A stretch of 34,864 nt of DNA from an uncultured Muribaculaceae bacterium (GTDB lineage: Bacteria > Bacteroidota > Bacteroidia > Bacteroidales > Muribaculaceae), in the NCBI GenBank assembly GCA_947644475.1, contig CANRZQ010000001.1, forward strand, positions 1 to 34,864, read 5' to 3'. The notes beneath the pieces were generated by a model that saw nothing but the letters and a program-made list of their open reading frames with translations, searched no databases and was not told where the DNA came from. Shown one piece after another: positions 1-9,600 of this stretch. The first letter of the stretch is position 1. Each line of letters opens with the position of its first letter. Both the position numbers and the translations under genes were made by a program.

Positions 1-733
1 GGCCCCATAGTTCGAGACGGTCGGGATAGATGCCGAAGCGGGCGAGCGTGTCGGCAATTTCCGTCTCTGATGCTGTGGTAGCGTCGAGGCCGGACACCGG
101 CAGGCGTGTGAGGTCGGCGCGGATAGCGTCGAAGTCGGCGGCGCGGAGCAGTTTGGCGAGGTGCATCTTGCGCACCATGGCGGGGAGGACGTGACTGTTC
201 TCGAGGTGGAAGTTGTCGTTGGGGCCGTAGAGATTGGTGGGCATCACGGCGATATAGTCGGTGCCGTACTGGAGGTTGAGCGACTCGCAGAGTTTGAGGC
301 CGGCGATTTTTGCTATGGCGTAGGGCTCGTTGGTGTATTCGAGGGGCGAAGTGAGCAGGGCGTCTTCTGTGATTGGCTGCGGAGCCTCTCGAGGGTAGAT
401 GCATGTGGAGCCCAGGAACAGGAGTTTCTTTACTCCGTGACGCCAGGCCTCGCCGATTACGTTTTGCTGGATCTGAAGATTTTGGTATATGAAGTCGGCG
501 CGGTAAACCGAGTTTGCCATGATGCCTCCGACGTGGGCGGCAGCGAGGACAACGGCGTCGGGGCGTTCTTCGTCGAAGAAGCGGCGGACAGCCTCGCCGT
601 CGAGGAGGTCGAGTTCGCGGTGTGTGCGTCCTACAAGGTTGGTGTATCCGCGGCTGAGGAGATTGTTCCATATTGCGGAGCCGACAAGTCCGCGATGGCC
701 GGCGACGTATATTTTCGAATCTTTGTCAAGCAT
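1..733 (-). CDS. fcl: GDP-L-fucose synthase (3' end runs off the window)
   Basis: Missing from the ORF track because it is truncated. Manual translation from ATG at 733 gives [25 protein letters not shown]...[11 protein letters not shown]...FLGSTCIYP...YAIAK, the extended-SDR motifs of Fcl/WcaG. Confidence 0.93.
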   Translation of the reverse strand, partial: MLDKDSKIYVAGHRGLVGSAIWNNLLSRGYTNLVGRTHRELDLLDGEAVRRFFDEERPDAVVLAAAHVGGIMANSVYRADFIYQNLQIQQNVIGEAWRHGVKKLLFLGSTCIYPREAPQPITEDALLTSPLEYTNEPYAIAKIAGLKLCESLNLQYGTDYIAVMPTNLYGPNDNFHLENSHVLPAMVRKMHLAKLLRAADFDAIRADLTRLPVSGLDATTASETEIADTLARFGIYPDRLELWG

Positions 734-768
734 AGGAGTGATGATTTTTCAGATGATGTATCTATTGG

Positions 769-1413
769 TCAGATTTTCAAATCGAGCAGTGACAGGAGAG
801 ATGAAATGTGGTGTTTGGCGGCATATTCTCCCGCGGGTGCGAGCGACTGCCAGAATATGTTTCGGCCGTTGTCGCCAAGCATCACGGTTGACCATCCGAG
901 GCGGTTGGGGTGAAAAAAATCTTTTTCGGGATTGTCGCCCACGTAGGTCCATTTGTTTTCCGACGGGTTTAGCGCCATCAGGCGATCGAATGGCAACGAC
1001 GAATTTTTTGTGTCGCCAATTTCCTCGGAAATGCTGATGCGCGAGGAGGGTATGAAGCGGCAGAGCCCAAGCATGTCGATTTTTGCGCGCTGGGTGCGTG
1101 AGCGTCCGTCGGTGATGAGGGCGATATGCTCTCCTCGATTCAGCAGCGACGCGAGCACATAGGCGGCCTCGGGGTCGAGTGTTATTTCAGGCCGGTGATA
1201 GCGATAGATGTCGACGAGCGTCTTTTCAGGTATGCCCGATTCATTGGAAGCCACAGTTATGGCATCGGCGAGCGGGTCGGGGGCCGACATCATCCGGGAG
1301 TAAAGCCCCGGGGCATCCTTGGCTGAGGCTGAGGCGCGAGCCACAGCCTTCATGCCGGAATGCCAGAAGTCGATTTCCTTATAGAGAGTGTCGTCGAGGT
1401 CGAATACTATCAT
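769..1413 (-). CDS. HAD-superfamily hydrolase
   Basis: Motif I FDLDDTL, motif II ITDG and motif IV YVGDNPEKD. Confidence 0.9.
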   Translation of the reverse strand: MIVFDLDDTLYKEIDFWHSGMKAVARASASAKDAPGLYSRMMSAPDPLADAITVASNESGIPEKTLVDIYRYHRPEITLDPEAAYVLASLLNRGEHIALITDGRSRTQRAKIDMLGLCRFIPSSRISISEEIGDTKNSSLPFDRLMALNPSENKWTYVGDNPEKDFFHPNRLGWSTVMLGDNGRNIFWQSLAPAGEYAAKHHISSLLSLLDLKI

Positions 1414-1419
1414 TCTTTT

Positions 1420-1462
1420 AGTTGGGGAGTTGGGAGTTGGGAAGTTTGGGAGAGAGGGAGGG
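1420..1462. repeat. Imperfect AGTTGGG tandem array with six G-runs
   Basis: agttgggg agttggg agttggga agtttggg agagagggaggg, between the asd stop and the HAD start. Confidence 0.7.
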
Positions 1463-1464
1463 AA

Positions 1465-2481
1465 TCAGAGGCGGAATACGGTCTGAGCGATTTGCACGGC
1501 GTTGAGGGCTGCGCCTTTCTTGATTTGGTCGGCCACAACCCAGAACGACAGCCCGCGGGGGTTGGCGAGGTCGGCGCGGATACGGCCCACGTACACGGGG
1601 TCGAGTCCGGCTATGTGCAGGGGCATGGGGTATTCCTTGGGTCCGTGTCCGTCGACGAGTACTATGCCTTTTGCACCGGCGAAAGCCTCGCGTGCGCGTT
1701 CCACGCTTACAGGGCTCTCGGTCTCGGCCCATATGGCTTCGCTGTGGGCGCGGAGCACGGGCACACGCACGCATGTCGCGCTCACTTCAAGGTCCGGTGC
1801 ATGCATTATCTTTTTCGTCTCAAAGTGCATTTTCATTTCCTCGCGGGTGTAGCCATTGTCGCCGAACACGTCGATATGGGGGATGACATTGAAAGCGAGC
1901 TGGTCGACAAATTTCTCTGCCTTTGTCTCTTTTCCGGCGGCAATGTCGCTGTGCTGGCTTTCGAGTTCTGCCATTGCCGATGCTCCGGCTCCTGATGCGG
2001 CCTGATATGTGGCCACATGCACTCGGCGAATCGGGCTTACGTCGTGGATGGGCTTGAGCGCGACCACCATCTGTATTGTCGTGCAGTTGGGGTTTGCGAT
2101 GATTCGCCGCGGGGTGTTGAAAGCGTCGTCGGGATTCACCTCGGGCACAACCAGAGGCACGTCGGCGTCCATGCGGAATGCGCTTGAATTGTCGATCATC
2201 AACGCTCCGCCGGCAGTGATTGTTTCGGCATATTCTTTTGAGACTGATGCTCCGGCCGATACGAATGCCACGTCGATGCCGGTAAAATCGGAATCGTGGG
2301 AAAGTAGTTCTATCACCACGTTGCGGCCGCACCATTCAACGACCGACCCCGCGCTGCGCTGCGAGCCGAAAAGCCGCAAGTCGCCCACGGGGAAATTTTG
2401 CTCGCGGAGCACGCGCAGGAATTCTTGTCCGACTGCGCCGCTTGCTCCAACGATAGCAACATTAATCGATGTCTTGTTCAA
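1465..2481 (-). CDS. asd: Aspartate-semialdehyde dehydrogenase
   Basis: [19 protein letters not shown], catalytic [21 protein letters not shown] and [15 protein letters not shown]. The track start (2691) overlaps the upstream gene; the in-frame TTG at 2481 gives a typical 338-aa protein. Confidence 0.95.
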   Translation of the reverse strand: MNKTSINVAIVGASGAVGQEFLRVLREQNFPVGDLRLFGSQRSAGSVVEWCGRNVVIELLSHDSDFTGIDVAFVSAGASVSKEYAETITAGGALMIDNSSAFRMDADVPLVVPEVNPDDAFNTPRRIIANPNCTTIQMVVALKPIHDVSPIRRVHVATYQAASGAGASAMAELESQHSDIAAGKETKAEKFVDQLAFNVIPHIDVFGDNGYTREEMKMHFETKKIMHAPDLEVSATCVRVPVLRAHSEAIWAETESPVSVERAREAFAGAKGIVLVDGHGPKEYPMPLHIAGLDPVYVGRIRADLANPRGLSFWVVADQIKKGAALNAVQIAQTVFRL

Positions 2482-2503
2482 TTTTTGTAGATATATTGAC
2501 GGG

Positions 2504-2746
2504 TTATATAGAGTCGATGGCTTGAGCCAGCTGGTCGGGGCATGATGTGGCTTTGTTGCCGCATCGTATTCCGCGCAGACGTGCGGCCACATCGGCGGCC
2601 GGCGCTCCTTCGACGAGCGCGGCGATGCCCTGGGTGTTGCCGTGGCAGCCGCCGTTGAAGCATACGTTGTGTACGAATCCTTGTTCGTCAATCTCGAAAT
2701 CGATGCTTCGTGAGCAGGTGCCCTTGCAGATGTGCTGATGTTTCAT
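2504..2746 (-). CDS. TIGR03905-family TSCPD-domain small Cys-rich protein
   Basis: KGTCS...F.GGCHGN.QG...[14 protein letters not shown] signature. Confidence 0.9.
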   Translation of the reverse strand: MKHQHICKGTCSRSIDFEIDEQGFVHNVCFNGGCHGNTQGIAALVEGAPAADVAARLRGIRCGNKATSCPDQLAQAIDSI

Positions 2747-2751
2747 TCTTG

Positions 2752-3144
2752 TTATTTAAGTGAGTCCACGTCGAGGACTATATCGAGAGTCTTGCCCGAT
2801 TTAGTGCCTTTGAAACGGTAGATAATAGGCCAATTGTTGTCGATGCAGAATTTGCGCAGTGCCTGCATGTCCTTGTCGGGGCTTGATACAGTCTCGGCCA
2901 CGAATACGCTTTTGAACATGTCGGCTTGTGCTTCTACTGTGGCGAACGCTATCTGGTCTTCGTCGATGGTGAAGTTGTAGATGACCTGATTGTCGACGGC
3001 CTCAACGTTGTCGAGTGAGTTGCCGGGTCCGAACTGAGCGGGCAGGTCCTTGTTGAAAGGAGCGAGGATTGCATCGATGTCGGCTGCTGCGGCAGAGAAA
3101 GCCACGGCAAATGCCATAATCATGCAGGCAATTATTTTTTTCAT
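2752..3144 (-). CDS. Secreted hypothetical protein
   Basis: Signal peptide MKKIIACMIMAFAVAFSAAA; 130 aa; stop lies 5 nt before the next gene. Confidence 0.8.
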   Translation of the reverse strand: MKKIIACMIMAFAVAFSAAAADIDAILAPFNKDLPAQFGPGNSLDNVEAVDNQVIYNFTIDEDQIAFATVEAQADMFKSVFVAETVSSPDKDMQALRKFCIDNNWPIIYRFKGTKSGKTLDIVLDVDSLK

Positions 3145-3174
3145 AAGGGAAGTTATATTTGATGATAATTATAG

Positions 3175-3534
3175 TTAACTGTCAGCACCATTGCTGTTAA
3201 GGAGTATCATGCTCTCCACGTCTTTTTTTAGAGCGGGAATATGTCTTGTTACAAGTCCCCAAAGAAATTCAACGGGCACTTTGTCGTAAGAGTGTATTAC
3301 GCGATTGCGCGTCTGGACGATGGATCGTGCATTTGGCAATGCAAAATCCGGGTCGCGTTTAAGAATCCTGTTAATGGCCTCGCCCATGATTTCGACTTTG
3401 CGCTCCACCGCACATATCCTTAATTTGTCCTTAGCAAAAATATCAAATCTGTTTGGATAGTCTGTGAAAAAATACTCAACATCGTTGATTGCATCTAACA
3501 CATCCTGGAGGTATTTTAAAATATATTCATCCAT
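3175..3534 (-). CDS. hepT: HepT-like HEPN ribonuclease toxin (DUF86)
   Basis: AVERKVEIMGEA and the RX4HXY motif RNRVIHSY; overlaps the MNT gene by 8 nt. Confidence 0.88.
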   Translation of the reverse strand: MDEYILKYLQDVLDAINDVEYFFTDYPNRFDIFAKDKLRICAVERKVEIMGEAINRILKRDPDFALPNARSIVQTRNRVIHSYDKVPVEFLWGLVTRHIPALKKDVESMILLNSNGADS

Positions 3535-3832
3535 AGATTACTTTTTTTGTGCGATTGACATTCTGGATGAAATATTTGTTACGCATACTTTCGCCTACAA
3601 CCAAATCAACGGTTCGGCCCAATAGATTTTCCAATGATGCTAAAAGACTGAGGAAATTATCAACATAATCGAACGTGTCAAGAGAAACATTTTCAAAATC
3701 GATAAGGAAATCTATATCGCTTTTGTCGTTGAATCTGTCTGTGAGGACAGATCCAAAGACAGCAAGCGATTTTACCTTGTGGTTTCGGCAAATGTCGATT
3801 ATCTTGGTTATATTCAGTTCGATTAGTTTCAT
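3527..3832 (-). CDS. mntA: Minimal nucleotidyltransferase antitoxin (MntA type)
   Basis: FGSVLTDRFNDKSDIDFL (GSX10DXD) and LLGRTVDLV; directly upstream of the HEPN gene. Confidence 0.88.
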   Translation of the reverse strand: MKLIELNITKIIDICRNHKVKSLAVFGSVLTDRFNDKSDIDFLIDFENVSLDTFDYVDNFLSLLASLENLLGRTVDLVVGESMRNKYFIQNVNRTKKVIYG

Positions 3833-3834
3833 TT

Positions 3835-4566
3835 TCAGTCGCGGTTGCCGCCGAAGAAACGGAGAAGGAAAAGGAAGAGGTTGATGAAGTCGAGGTAGAG
3901 GGTGAGTGCGCCGAGGGCGGCAACTTTGCCGGTCATCTCAGCGGGTGTCACGGCTGCGATCTGGCGTATGCGCTGAGTGTCCCATGCGGTGAGGCCTACG
4001 AAAATGAGCACGCCGGCAATAGACACAATCCAGTCCATAGTCGAACTTTTGAGGAAGAGGTTGACGAGCATGGCGATAATCATGCCGATGAGGCACATTG
4101 TGAGTATGCCGCCCATCTTGGAGAGGTCGCGGTTGGTGAAATAGCCATAGAGACTCATGGCTCCGAATGTTCCTGCGGTGATGAAGAACGTGCGTGCAAG
4201 CGCGCCGCCGGTGTAGACCACGAATATCGATGACAGCATCAGGCCGTTGACAGCCGCGAAGATGAAGAACAGCAGTGTGGCGACTCCTGCCGAGATTTTA
4301 TTGATTGCGCCGTTGATGCCGATTACGAGGCCGAATTCGGCGATGATGAGCGCCCACATTACCCACGAGTGGGTATACATATAATATACGAAGCCTTGTG
4401 ATGCGCAGAAAAGCGATACTATGGCTGTGACCAAGAGGCCGAGTGTCATGTTGAGGTAAACGCGGCGCATCACCGACGGCATTGTTGCCACGGATGTGCC
4501 GGAGCCGGCATAGGGCTGGTAGTTGTTGCGATAATCGTTTTGATTGAATTGAGGATAAGATGCCAT
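3835..4566 (-). CDS. Bax inhibitor-1/YccA family membrane protein
   Basis: About 7 hydrophobic segments; LTAWDTQRI and GALTLYLDFINLFLFLLRFFG signature. Confidence 0.93.
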   Translation of the reverse strand: MASYPQFNQNDYRNNYQPYAGSGTSVATMPSVMRRVYLNMTLGLLVTAIVSLFCASQGFVYYMYTHSWVMWALIIAEFGLVIGINGAINKISAGVATLLFFIFAAVNGLMLSSIFVVYTGGALARTFFITAGTFGAMSLYGYFTNRDLSKMGGILTMCLIGMIIAMLVNLFLKSSTMDWIVSIAGVLIFVGLTAWDTQRIRQIAAVTPAEMTGKVAALGALTLYLDFINLFLFLLRFFGGNRD

Positions 4567-4600
4567 ATTATATTATGTGTTATGGTTTTGTATATTTATT

Positions 4601-4627
4601 TGACAAATAAGAGCGGAAATGGTTTAA
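4601..4627 (-). promoter_or_regulatory. Possible ECF-sigma promoter of the yccA operon
   Basis: The minus strand reads TAAACC-N16-GTCAAA, resembling sigmaE-type AAC/GTC elements; it overlaps the palindrome TTATTTGACAAATAA. Confidence 0.35.
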
Positions 4628-4660
4628 AAGGAGAGATGGTTTGTCCTCATTGTCTTGATG

Positions 4661-6448
4661 CTACATACGGTCGGGCACCCGGATTCCGAGCAGGCTCATG
4701 GCTGTGCGGATGGTGCGGGCCGTGGCTTCCGAGAGGGCGAGACGCAGCGAGCGTATGTCGGCGTTCTCCTCGCGGAGGATGGAGCAGTCGTGATAGAATT
4801 GGTTGTAGAGTTTGCAGAGGTCGTAGGCGTAGTTGGCGATGAGCGCGGGCGAGAGCTGGCGTCCGGCTTCGGATACAACGGTGGGGAAGTCGGCAAGACG
4901 CTGGATGAGTGTGATCTCGCGGTCGTTAGGCTCAACGGCAGAGTAGTCGCCAATGGTCATGCCGTCGGCTTGTGCGCGACGAAGAACCGAGCGGATGCGG
5001 GCGTGAGTGTACTGGATGAAAGGTCCGGTGTTGCCGTTGAAGTCGATAGACTCTTCGGGATTGAAGAGCATGTTTTTGCGCGGGTCGACTTTAAGGAGGA
5101 AGTATTTGAGGGCACCCATGCCTACGGTCTCGCATATTTCGTCGATTTCTTCGGCAGTGAGGCCGTCGAGTTTGCCGAGTTCGCCCGACACAGAGCGGGC
5201 GTTGTTCACCATCTCGGCCATAAGGTAGTCGGCATCGACAACGGTGCCTTCGCGGCTCTTCATCTTGCCGTTGGGGAGTTCGACCATGCCGTAGGAGAAA
5301 TGCACGAGGTCTTTGCCCCATTTGAAGCCGAGGCGGTCGAGGAGGATGGAAAGGACCTTGAAATGGTATTCCTGCTCGTTGCCCACGACATAAATCATGC
5401 GGTCGATGGGGTAGTCGGCGAAGCGGATTTTTGCTGTGCCTATGTCCTGTGTCATGTACACGGAGGTGCCGTCGGCACGGAGCAGCAATTTGTGGTCGAG
5501 ACCCTCGGCGGTGAGGTCGGCCCATACCGAGCCGTCGTCCTTGCGGTACATCACGCCTTTTTCGAGGCCTTCGAGCACCTTGTCCTTGCCTTCGAGATAT
5601 GTGTCGGACTCGTAATATATTTTATCGAAGTCGACACCGAGGCGGCGGTAACTCTCGTCGAAGCCGGAGTAAACCCATGAGTTCATCATGTTCCAAAGGT
5701 CGTATACCTCCTTGTCGCCCTGCTCCCAGAGGCGGAGCATCTCGCGGGCCTGCTGCATGAGCGGAGCCTTTTCCTTGGCCTCGTCCTCGGTCATGCCTTC
5801 GGCCACAAGAGCCTTCACCTGCTCGGAATAGCGTTTGCTGAACAGCACGTAGAAATCGCCTACAAGGTGGTCGCCTTTCTTTCCGGTCGATTCGGGGGTG
5901 GCGCCTTCGCCCCAGAGTTTCCATGCGAGCATCGACTTGCAGATGTGGATGCCGCGGTTGTTTACGATATTTGTTTTAACAACCCGGTTTCCGCAGGCCT
6001 CGAGAATGCATGCGAGGGAGTATCCGAGCAGGTTGTTGCGCACATGGCCAAGGTGGAGGGGCTTGTTAGTGTTTGGCGATGAATATTCAATCATCACCAT
6101 TGGCGACCGGTCGTCAGGCTTGGTGATGCCATAGTTTTCGGTGGAAAGCACATGAGAGAGCACGGCGTTCCAGTATGTAGGCTCGATCACGATGTTGAGG
6201 AATCCGTTCACGGCGTTGAAAGCCTTCACTGCGGGTTCGTTTTCCACGAGCCATTGGCCGATTTCCTCGGCCACCATTGCGGGAGCCTTACGGGCGAGTT
6301 TCACCCAGGGAAACACCATAACAGTGAGATTGCCCTCAAACTCCTTGCGGGTGGCAGAGGGCACGATTTCGCCGGCGGGGGTGTCGGCGTTGTAGAGCCG
6401 GGCCACGGCTTTTGACACGGCCTCGGCGATAATTCTATCTATCGACAT
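4661..6448 (-). CDS. argS: Arginine--tRNA ligase
   Basis: IEYSSPNTNKPLHLGH (HIGH motif), KMKSREG, FNGNTGPFIQYTHARIRS and a C-terminal DALR-type end (LGIRVPDRM). Confidence 0.98.
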   Translation of the reverse strand: MSIDRIIAEAVSKAVARLYNADTPAGEIVPSATRKEFEGNLTVMVFPWVKLARKAPAMVAEEIGQWLVENEPAVKAFNAVNGFLNIVIEPTYWNAVLSHVLSTENYGITKPDDRSPMVMIEYSSPNTNKPLHLGHVRNNLLGYSLACILEACGNRVVKTNIVNNRGIHICKSMLAWKLWGEGATPESTGKKGDHLVGDFYVLFSKRYSEQVKALVAEGMTEDEAKEKAPLMQQAREMLRLWEQGDKEVYDLWNMMNSWVYSGFDESYRRLGVDFDKIYYESDTYLEGKDKVLEGLEKGVMYRKDDGSVWADLTAEGLDHKLLLRADGTSVYMTQDIGTAKIRFADYPIDRMIYVVGNEQEYHFKVLSILLDRLGFKWGKDLVHFSYGMVELPNGKMKSREGTVVDADYLMAEMVNNARSVSGELGKLDGLTAEEIDEICETVGMGALKYFLLKVDPRKNMLFNPEESIDFNGNTGPFIQYTHARIRSVLRRAQADGMTIGDYSAVEPNDREITLIQRLADFPTVVSEAGRQLSPALIANYAYDLCKLYNQFYHDCSILREENADIRSLRLALSEATARTIRTAMSLLGIRVPDRM

Positions 6449-6553
6449 AAATCGTTGGTTGTCAAAGTTAAAACGTTTGAATACACATAACAGGGCATAA
6501 TATCCGGTGTCGGGCAGGGGGCCGCAGCGCCGTATATAATGCCTTTAAGGCTA

Positions 6554-6585
6554 CAAAGTTACAAAAAAATATCCGTTTTGACAAA
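6554..6585 (-). promoter_or_regulatory. Bacteroidetes sigma-A promoter of argS
   Basis: Minus strand TTTG (6585-6582), 20-nt spacer, TAACTTTG (6561-6554). Confidence 0.7.
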
Positions 6586-6604
6586 ATGAAGATGAAAATC
6601 GGGC

Positions 6605-6643
6605 AAAAAAACGCCCGGCATCTATCTTGTCAGATGCCGGGCG
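6605..6643 (-). terminator. Rho-independent terminator of the 1272-aa gene
   Basis: 12-bp perfect stem cgcccggcatct/agatgccgggcg with an 8-nt loop, followed by a T7 tract on the minus strand. Confidence 0.85.
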
Positions 6644-6672
6644 CAGGGTTTATTCAGGATATGTTTCAGAAA

Positions 6673-9600
6673 CTATCGGAAGAGTACTTTTGCGGCTTTT
6701 GAGCCTTGACGGGCGATATAGATTTGACCGCGGCGAGGTTCGGCCACTTTCATGCCTTGAAGGTTGTAATATTCAATATCTGCATTGAAATCGGCATTGA
6801 CATCGTCGATTCCCGAGAAAGGATCTACTTCCTTGACTTCTGATTCGGTAATTTCGAAATAGTGGTCGCGGTTGGCAATGATGGAGTAGTCGGGTGTCTG
6901 TTTGCCGTTGTTCCAGTTATTGAAAATCAGCGTGTAGTTGCCGGTATTTGTGTCGAGGGGGAACACTTTGTAGGTTTTGCCGTTGATTTCGCGTTGGTCG
7001 ATTACGATCTGGCCGGGCCATGCGCCGTAGAATTCGCTGTCGCCATAGGCGTAGAGGCCGAGCGATGCCCATCCGGTGTTGTCGATTACGTAGATGTAAT
7101 GTTCGGCCACGGGCACTTCGGGAAGCGAACCGGCGATAGAGAAATTGTCGATGGCAAGGGCCATGGCGGCGTTGCAGGCATCGCCGGAGGCTGTGGAGAT
7201 ATTCCATGCCAGATAGAGATCGCATCCGCGTTCGATGTCGACGGGGAGGGTGGCGCTTACGGCTACGGTTTCTCCGGGTACCTGGGCATAGCCTTCGGTA
7301 GCGGCGTCGGGCTCGAGTTTTGTGTAGAAGTCGGTGCCGGCCGAGGTCCAGTTGCGACCGTCGACAGAGTAGTAGAGTTGTACGGCGAATCCGGCGGGAT
7401 TGTTGCCTTTGCGGTATTTCTCAATGTCGTAGGCCACGTTGAGTTTCTCGATGTTTTTGGCGCCGTTGTTGTGCAGGTGGGCGTAAAGATTGATTGCACG
7501 TGTTCCGTTGGCCACGCCTGTGGTGATGCCGCCGAGGGCACGGTCGGAGCCTTGGGTGTCGCCGAAGTTCCAGATGCCGTTCTTAGCGTTGGCGGGCAGG
7601 CTTACACCGCCGGCATATGTTGTCTTTTCAGAAGCCACGCCGTAAGAGCCGACTGTGCGGGGCGCCACGGTCTGGCGGTCAATGCGCCATCCTTCGGGAA
7701 GAGTAGCCTCGGCTGCATTGCCGATTGCATCGAAGTTTTCTTCGGCGCTGAGTTTGTCCTTATTGAGTTCGATCGCGGGATATGTAATCACCACAGTCTC
7801 TGCTTCGGCCACGCGCACTTTTGCTGTACGGGAGAATTGGCCGGAAGCGGCAGTGATGGTGTATTCGCCGAGCGAGCCGTTGGCTGTGAATTTTGAGCCG
7901 GAGAATGTGCCGCCGTCGTTTGCGTAGAATGAGAAGGGTTCGGACGGGGCTACGTCGATGCCATATTCGTCGTAAAGACGGGCGGAGTAGTCGACGGTGA
8001 GGTTGTGGTGGTTGACGGGATTGACAAATTGGTTCATTGTCGCCGACGCGTATGAACGCATTGAGGCGGCTTCTGCATCGGTGATGGATGCCGGATGGGA
8101 GTTGATGGCAAAGGCGTTTTCGTTGAAAATCAGCTGGTACTCCATGCAGGCAGCCAGATAGGTGGCTTTCGGGGTGGGGTGGCGGTCGTCGAGGAAGAGT
8201 TTGGCTGCACCTTCGCTGCCCTCGGCCTCGAAGATGCGCTGGTAGGCGGAAGCCACGGGGCAAATTACGATGCCTGCGTCGGTTGCCACGTCAAGATAGT
8301 TGCGGGCAAACTGAGCGTTGAATTCGGTAAAATTGGCCCAGTCGCTGCCGTAGGCCCAGTTCATGGGGATGATGATTATTGCATTGGGGTTGGGGCAGTT
8401 TGCACGGATATATTCAATCCATTTCTTGACGGAAGCGCGGAATTGCTCGATATTTGTGCGGGGCACGGCACTCTGTTCTTGCAGGATAATGTGGCTCCAA
8501 GCCTCGGAACGCACGAGCATTTTGGCCGAAGGAGTTCCGTCGGCGGCGAGGCCTTCGCCTTCATCCCAGTGGGTGTTGAGCGATTTGCCAAGGAGCGTGT
8601 GTTTTGTCCATACGGCATCCTTGCCCATGGCGCGGGCAATGTCGTTGAACATTGCGTCCTGGTCGTTATAGTAGATAAGAGAGTTGTTGAGCGACAGGAT
8701 TTTCACTTTCTCCGGCAGAGCCTTTACGAGCACGGTTTCGGCAGGGTTGAGTGTCATGCCGGCCACTGCCGCGCTTTTTAGTGTGAGGGTGTATTCGCCG
8801 GTGGAGAGGTTGAATGTCACGTCATAGGAGCCGGGAGCCACAGCGGCATTGAAAGTGCTTCCTTTCACAAGCGATCCGGAAAGCGATGAGGCAGTCATGT
8901 CGGCGCCGGATGCGCCCCATGCGCCGCCCATGCCGAGGCGTTGGTAGATGCGCCAGCGGCTGAGGTTGCTGTTGGCCGATGCGGGCATCGACACAAATCC
9001 TTTATAGAGGCCGTCGGCGGTGTCGAGGGTGAGGGCGCCGTCGGTGTTCATATAGTTCCAGTTGTTGAAATCGCCAACCATGTATACTTTTGTGAGGCCT
9101 GTGGGGTCGTCGTTGCTCTTTATAAAAAGAGACGCAGAGCCGTTTGCAATTGTGAGGCGAATTTCAGAGGCGGCGTAAACATTGCTTCCACAGGAAATGT
9201 TGTCGTCGGTGCCGGATTTGAGAGCATAGGGTGTGTCGGGGAAGATGTTGGTGCCGTTGGAACCGTAGTTGCACGCCGAAGACCATGAGGCGTCGGCCAC
9301 CTTAAAGGCTCCGGAGAGAGTCTTGTCGTAGAGTATATATTCGCCGTTGCCCAGGTCGCTGAATTCCCATTCTGCTACCGGACTCCAGGAGTTTACATCG
9401 CCACGCAGGTAGATTCCGGAAGGAACATGTACAGGCTTATTAGGGTCGACCCAGCCGGTGTACGATTCTGGGTTGGCGATTACAGTTGCTTCTGTCGGGG
9501 TGGCGCAGATGTAATTGTCGGTTGACGCGTTGATGGCGACAGCGGGCAGGCGTGTTGTGGCCGTGTTGTTGATTTCTATATTGGCATTGCCTTTGGCTGT

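Noticed and set aside
161-913. 250-aa plus-strand ORF
   Set aside because: Antisense shadow of fcl, which has clear motifs on the minus strand.
2482-2691. N-terminal extension of asd in the ORF track
   Set aside because: Overlaps the TSCPD gene in another frame; homology starts near TTG 2481.
4655-5680. Long antisense ORFs (also 6862-7896, 21641-22576, 25189-26073, 26565-27740, 31243-32412)
   Set aside because: They lie opposite well-supported genes, show no motifs and are expected from GC-rich codon bias.
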